NCBI GenBank assembly: GCA_964421955.1 | Contig: CAYQYU010000015.1 | Coordinates: 1 to 20,118 of the forward strand | Reading direction: 5' to 3' | DNA: 20,118 nucleotides | Source: an uncultured archaeon | GTDB lineage: Archaea > Nanohalarchaeota > Nanosalinia > Nanosalinales > Nanosalinaceae | In this document: in pieces, positions 16,301 to 20,118 of the stretch | Layout of the letters: every line of letters begins with the position of its first letter | How positions within the stretch are numbered: the first letter of the stretch is position 1 | The notes under the pieces: model-generated | Database searches by the model: none | What the model saw: the letters and a program-made list of their open reading frames with translations, nothing else | Told to the model about the DNA's origin: nothing | Program-made: the position numbers and the translations under genes

Positions 16301-16527
16301 TGCCGGGGCGGAGATTTGAACTCCGGAACCCCTGCGGGACAGGATTTCCAGCTCGAAAACCGCTCACACGATTTTCTCGGTCCTCGTTCTCCTGTGGAGA
16401 ACTTGAGGATCTTAAGTCCTGCGCCTCTGGCCCTCCATGGGCTTGGCAATCGGATCTTTCTCCGCCAGGAGATTGTCCGATAACAAACTCCAAACTCGCT
16501 GGAGTTTGGCCACTTGGCTACCCCGGC
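16301..16527 (-). tRNA. tRNA-Leu(TAA) with two introns: D-loop (16427..16505, 79 nt) and anticodon loop 37/38 (~16346..16410, 65 nt)
   Basis: Removing both segments gives the 83-nt GCCGGGGTAGCCAAGTGGCCAAAGGCGCAGGACT-TAA-GATCCTGTCCCGCAGGGGTTCCGGAGTTCAAATCTCCGCCCCGGCA. The D-loop intron has helix GGCC/GGCC, bulges AA|A and AG|A, and intron stem CTCCA/TGGAG. It lies at the conserved position upstream of rpl18e. Confidence 0.92.
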
Positions 16528-16597
16528 TCTTTGTACATAGCTACGACTATTTTCGTATTTTGTCCCCAAGTTAAAAATAGAGGTAGAATGATTCGGT

Positions 16598-17011
16598 TTA
16601 CAAATGGTAGCCAGGTCCGGTGGCGTCCTCCGCTATTCTTCCGAGCTCTTCCAGATCGAGTTCATCGTTTACGCCGTAGGGACAGTCTATTATCTCGTCC
16701 TGGAAATAGTCTAAGCCAGTTAGTTTCGCATCCTGGAGTTCGTAGTATGCTGCCTCAAGATCAGCTGCAACATCAGTTCCCAGTGCTGCCCGGTCGTGGG
16801 CGTCCAGCGAACTCGGTACCTGGCCTAGACCCATATGGTCTTCAAGTTCTTCTTCGTGTCTTACAAGCATTATGAATGTCTCATAGAGCTCCCTATCTGT
16901 TACCTCTCCATTACTTCTGTGTTCCTGGACTTTTGTCAAGAATGTGTCGATTGCGTGCTCTGCGTCTTCTTTCAGGGTTTCAACTTCGCCCTGTCTTATA
17001 TCTTGAGCCAT
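16598..17011 (-). CDS. Hypothetical acidic protein (137 aa)
   Basis: Acidic ORF filling the rpoD-tRNA-Leu gap, with a TTAAAAA box about 30 nt upstream. No recognisable motif. Confidence 0.7.
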   Translation of the reverse strand: MAQDIRQGEVETLKEDAEHAIDTFLTKVQEHRSNGEVTDRELYETFIMLVRHEEELEDHMGLGQVPSSLDAHDRAALGTDVAADLEAAYYELQDAKLTGLDYFQDEIIDCPYGVNDELDLEELGRIAEDATGPGYHL

Positions 17012-17057
17012 AGAAGTATATACTGGAGCGCAATGTTTTTTAATCTTCCTGTAGTAG

Positions 17058-17630
17058 CTACAGTGACTCTACAGCTTCCTCGAACTCGTCAAGTTCCGCC
17101 TTAACTTCCTGGATTCCGGCCTCGACAAGTTCTTCGTTGGTATACCCGGAGATGGATTCGATCCGGAATAGGTACTCTCCTTCGTCAACTTTCTCATATC
17201 CAACTGTTCCGCCCTGATGCTTTGCGTGTTCTGAACCGTGTCCGAGCCTGGCTTCTGCTTCAAACTCGAGGCCTTGGTCTTCCTTCAGGTCAACTATGAC
17301 TGTTTCCGGGTTGACCGGTTCCGCTTCGTCGTTGTCAGCCTTCAGGTCCTCGGCAAGGACTGTGCCCGGACCCTCCTGCTTTAATGCGATATGGACAGTA
17401 TCTTCCCCGTCAACATTCTCTGGGACGGTGAAGGGTATCTGACCTACGCGGTTGGCGAGAACTTCATCGAAAAGACCTGACTGGTTCTTCGTTATATCAA
17501 GGTGCTGCACCGCGAGCGTTGGAACCTTAGTCATTATTGCCCGCCTTAAAGTGTTGGCCACCGCAGCGTTCGCATCTGTCAGCCTCAGTTTTAGCACGTC
17601 GTCTCCTTCTTCCTCTATCTCTACATTCAT
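17058..17630 (-). CDS. rpoD: DNA-directed RNA polymerase subunit D (Rpo3), short form
   Basis: [52 protein letters not shown] and FRIESISG. Located after rps11. Confidence 0.96.
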   Translation of the reverse strand: MNVEIEEEGDDVLKLRLTDANAAVANTLRRAIMTKVPTLAVQHLDITKNQSGLFDEVLANRVGQIPFTVPENVDGEDTVHIALKQEGPGTVLAEDLKADNDEAEPVNPETVIVDLKEDQGLEFEAEARLGHGSEHAKHQGGTVGYEKVDEGEYLFRIESISGYTNEELVEAGIQEVKAELDEFEEAVESL

Positions 17631-18007
17631 ACTCTTCGACCTCTTTTTCCGCCCTTCGACCTGACGCCATCATGTGGCTCAGGGGTAACGTCCTCAATAT
17701 TTCCTACATCGAGTCCTGACCTGGAGATTGCACGAATTGCGGGCTGCGCTCCTTTACCGGGCATCTTCTGCTTCTGTCCCCCGGGAGCTCTCACCTGGAT
17801 GTCAACCTCGTCAATTCCTTTCTCCATCGCTTCCTCGGTCGCCTGTTTTGCGGCCTTCATTGCAGGGAAAGGTTCTCCCTGGAGCCGTCCCTTGTCAGTC
17901 ACCATTCCTGAAGAAATCCGTGAAATGGTCTCGGCTCCCGTAGCGTCTGTTATGTGGATGATAGTATTGTTGAAACTCGAGTAGATGTTAACAATTCCCT
18001 TTGCCAT
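17627..18007 (-). CDS. rps11: 30S ribosomal protein uS11
   Basis: [51 protein letters not shown]. Confidence 0.97.
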   Translation of the reverse strand: MAKGIVNIYSSFNNTIIHITDATGAETISRISSGMVTDKGRLQGEPFPAMKAAKQATEEAMEKGIDEVDIQVRAPGGQKQKMPGKGAQPAIRAISRSGLDVGNIEDVTPEPHDGVRSKGGKRGRRV

Positions 18008-18657
18008 TATTCTTCTTCCTCCTCGGCATCTTCTTCGTTATTTTCGTCTTCATTCTCTTCTGGTTCCGCTTCTTCCTCTTCGTTCTCTAGCTCTTCTTCA
18101 GTCTCTTCCGGCTCTTCTACTCCTTCATCCTCCTTTCGATCTTCAGCTTCGTCTGTTTCGGTTTCTGGTTTCTCCTCTTTATCCTCTTCTGGTTCAGGCT
18201 CTGGAATTATTACTTCGATCTCTTTCTCCTCTTCCTGTGTCAGCATGTACCCGGGAACCGTGACGCGCTGGCCGTCAACGTAGACGTGGCCGTGAACAAC
18301 GGTCTGGCGCGCCTCTGTGACAGTATCGGTGTAGCCGCGCCTGTTGACAGCGGTCTGGAGCCTCCTGTCAAGGAAGTCTGTAACGTTTAGTGATAGTATT
18401 TCTTCGAGTTCCGCGTCATCTCTTACCAGCCCGAGCCGGTTCGCCTTGTCGATAAGTTCTCGCTGCTCCTGCTCGTTTTCGGAAGCGACCAGCTTTCTCG
18501 CCTCGCGCCTGAGATCGCGGAGCTGGCTCTGTGCCTTGTAAACTTCTCTCTTGTTCTTCAGGCCGTAGTCCTCGATCAATTTGTCCTCCCTGTTGATCCT
18601 CTCCTGGTTCCAGCCCTCGTTGGGCGTCTCGTACTGCTTTTTGAGCTTCTTTACCAT
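18007..18657 (-). CDS. rps4: 30S ribosomal protein uS4 with a long acidic C-terminal tail
   Basis: [44 protein letters not shown]. Start set at ATG 18657. Confidence 0.96.
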   Translation of the reverse strand: MVKKLKKQYETPNEGWNQERINREDKLIEDYGLKNKREVYKAQSQLRDLRREARKLVASENEQEQRELIDKANRLGLVRDDAELEEILSLNVTDFLDRRLQTAVNRRGYTDTVTEARQTVVHGHVYVDGQRVTVPGYMLTQEEEKEIEVIIPEPEPEEDKEEKPETETDEAEDRKEDEGVEEPEETEEELENEEEEAEPEENEDENNEEDAEEEEE

Positions 18658-18797
18658 TGAACTTTCACGTGAAGTATCGGTCACTCGAAAACTCGAGAGT
18701 TTTCTGCGGTTGCAGAAGACTCAAAGAGTCTTCGAACGCGGGAACGCGTTACGCTATCGCTCCAGCGTCCTTTCTTTCTTTGATTTTAGCAATCATT
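18655..18797. repeat. 139-bp hairpin-rich insert between rps13 and rps4, bounded by CATT/AATG
   Basis: Hairpins at 18686-18705 and 18714-18734 plus smaller palindromes. CATT at 18655-18658 and 18794-18797. Confidence 0.7.
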
Positions 18798-18798
18798 C

Positions 18799-19287
18799 TT
18801 ATTCCTCCTCGTCTTCCTCGCTGCTTTCTGCAGCCTCTTCTCTCAGCCGGGCTCTTGAAACTCCAACCTTTGAACCTGACCTGAAAGATGATTTTGTCTT
18901 CTGACCTCTCACAGGCAGGCCGATCTGGTGTCTCCATCCCCGGTAAGTACCGGTTTCCTTCAGGCGTCTAATATCGAACTCTTCCTTCAGCTCGAGATCC
19001 GAGCCGATTAGGTGATCGTCCTCACCGGTTTCACGATCCTTCCTTCTATTTCTCAGCCATTCTGGGACATCGGCTTCTTCCGGATTCCTTATTATCTCTT
19101 CTATCTCGTTGATCTGCTCTTCCTCAAGTTCACCTATACGTGTCTCTTCGTCAACATCGATAACCTTTGAGATCGCGTGACCGTACATATCGCCGACTCC
19201 CTGCAGTGAAGTTATAGCCTTGCCTACAGGCTGTGTGCCGTCGATGTCGGTTCGAGCGATTCTTACAATCTCTTTTACTTCAGACAT
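18799..19287 (-). CDS. rps13: 30S ribosomal protein uS13
   Basis: IVRIARTDIDG, PEWLRNRRKD.ETG, TYRGWRH..GLPVRGQKTKS. Confidence 0.97.
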   Translation of the reverse strand: MSEVKEIVRIARTDIDGTQPVGKAITSLQGVGDMYGHAISKVIDVDEETRIGELEEEQINEIEEIIRNPEEADVPEWLRNRRKDRETGEDDHLIGSDLELKEEFDIRRLKETGTYRGWRHQIGLPVRGQKTKSSFRSGSKVGVSRARLREEAAESSEEDEEE

Positions 19288-19315
19288 GGTCGTAACTCAC
19301 AAGTTCCCTGCAAAT

Positions 19316-19323
19316 TTTATAAA
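19316..19323 (-). promoter_or_regulatory. TATA box (TTTATAAA) for the rps13-rps4-rps11-rpoD operon
   Basis: Consensus TATA box about 30-36 nt upstream of the rps13 ATG. Confidence 0.65.
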
Positions 19324-19336
19324 GGGTGGACAGCGT

Positions 19337-19433
19337 CTATCGCTCATCCGTCTTCTTAATCAGTCGAAAATCAGAGATTTTCTCGGTGACCAGAAGACGG
19401 GTTGAGCTATCGCTCATCCGTCTTCTTAATCAG
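19337..19433. repeat. Perfect 27-bp direct repeat of the parvulin gene 3' end with an inverted copy and a hairpin in the 43-bp spacer
   Basis: CTATCGCTCATCCGTCTTCTTAATCAG at 19337-19363 and 19407-19433. Confidence 0.93.
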
Positions 19434-19691
19434 GTGCCACCCGAACTGGGTCTCTATGGGGTCAGAAACCTCTCCGACCTCAAGCTCGAAGGCCTTTCTC
19501 TCGAACGGCTTCACCATGTCTCCTCTGCCGAAGAAGCCTAGATCACCGCCGTTGTCTCCTGAAGGGCCTTCCGACTTTTCCTTTGCGAGCTCTGTGAAAG
19601 TCTTGTCGCTTCTCTCAAGCTCCAGCTTGATCTGCTTCGCATGTTCCTCGTTGTCAACCAGTATGTGGGATGCACGTACTTCTTTTGCCAT
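19407..19691 (-). CDS. ppiC: Single-domain parvulin peptidyl-prolyl cis-trans isomerase (94 aa)
   Basis: VRASHILV, FTELAKEKSEGPS..NGGDLGFFGRGDMVKPFE..AF, PIETQFGWHLI. Confidence 0.95.
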   Translation of the reverse strand: MAKEVRASHILVDNEEHAKQIKLELERSDKTFTELAKEKSEGPSGDNGGDLGFFGRGDMVKPFERKAFELEVGEVSDPIETQFGWHLIKKTDER

Positions 19692-19750
19692 GTTTATACA
19701 GCGTAGAGAAATCTTTATGATTCTAGGCCCGATAATACACGACTTTCCTG

Positions 19751-20032
19751 TCATTCCTCGTGTGATATAACGCTTAGCTGTAGATCATTTTCTCCTACAA
19801 GTCCGGAGGCCAAGATAATGTAATGAGTATTCTCTTCTAACTCTATATCAGACTCCAGAACGTTGTAGTCTTCTCCGTGTGGCCGTACTTCGATTGCGTG
19901 CTCTCCCTCGTCGAGTTCTTCAAGATCTGTCACGTCCCTGAAATCCACACTTTCGAATACTGCGTCTCCGTCCACTAGAACATCGACAGGAGGTGCATCG
20001 GGGGAGAAATGTCCTACCTGGGCCTCTGGCAT
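19751..20032 (-). CDS. DUF4397-like domain protein (~93 aa)
   Basis: GHFSPDAPPVDVLVDG matches the H.SPDAP.VDV signature, followed by L..GEH.IEVR and LEENTHY.I.ASG. Start uncertain (20032 or 20047). Confidence 0.8.
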   Translation of the reverse strand: MPEAQVGHFSPDAPPVDVLVDGDAVFESVDFRDVTDLEELDEGEHAIEVRPHGEDYNVLESDIELEENTHYIILASGLVGENDLQLSVISHEE

Positions 20033-20118
20033 TTTTAACCACACCATTTCAAGCGTGGCGAGCATTTTTATTGAAGACTGTGGTTCTCTGTATCCAAAAA
20101 AGGATGTTTTAGCCCCCC

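Noticed and set aside
16224-16875. ORFs 16237..16875(+), 16279..16569(-) and 16224..16493(-)
   Set aside because: They overlap the two-intron tRNA-Leu and lack the acidic composition of real proteins here.
18659-18794. rps13/rps4 insert as a BHB-spliced mRNA intron
   Set aside because: Only a 4-bp GAAT/GTTC helix can be drawn, with no flanking stems, and both genes are intact without splicing. Left as a test rather than a call.
19337-19433. 27-bp repeats with a 43-bp spacer as a CRISPR unit
   Set aside because: The repeat is the coding 3' end of the parvulin gene, and the spacer is an inverted copy of it plus a hairpin.

Overview
Archaeal chromosomal segment with a strongly acidic proteome and compact gene packing, most consistent with a Nanohaloarchaeota (DPANN) genome. 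The taxonomy is inferred from protein composition and gene content only. Left to right: an intron-containing tRNA-Leu(GAG); an alpha/beta hydrolase; a split lipoate-protein ligase (LplB+LplA); a PduO-type cobalamin adenosyltransferase; a three-gene ATP-citrate lyase-like module (citryl-CoA synthetase large and small subunits plus citryl-CoA lyase) interleaved with a HAD hydrolase and an orphan; membrane and surface proteins; tRNA-Glu(TTC); HIT, ZIP and NUDIX genes; the conserved rps13-rps4-rps11-rpoD-tRNA-Leu-rpl18e-rpl13-rps9-rpoN cluster; a parvulin; and a DUF4397-like gene. The most striking signal is non-coding. About 11 copies of a tiny asymmetric hairpin (AGAA[A/G]A..-loop-..T[T/C]TTCG) sit inside both tRNA-Leu anticodon introns and in 45-140 bp inserts at tRNA ends and ribosomal gene junctions. 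These inserts repeatedly show the layout 'target copy - imperfect inverted copy - hairpin - second target copy'. This suggests one hairpin-mediated insertion/duplication process that may also generate tRNA introns. No enzyme for such a process is encoded in this window.
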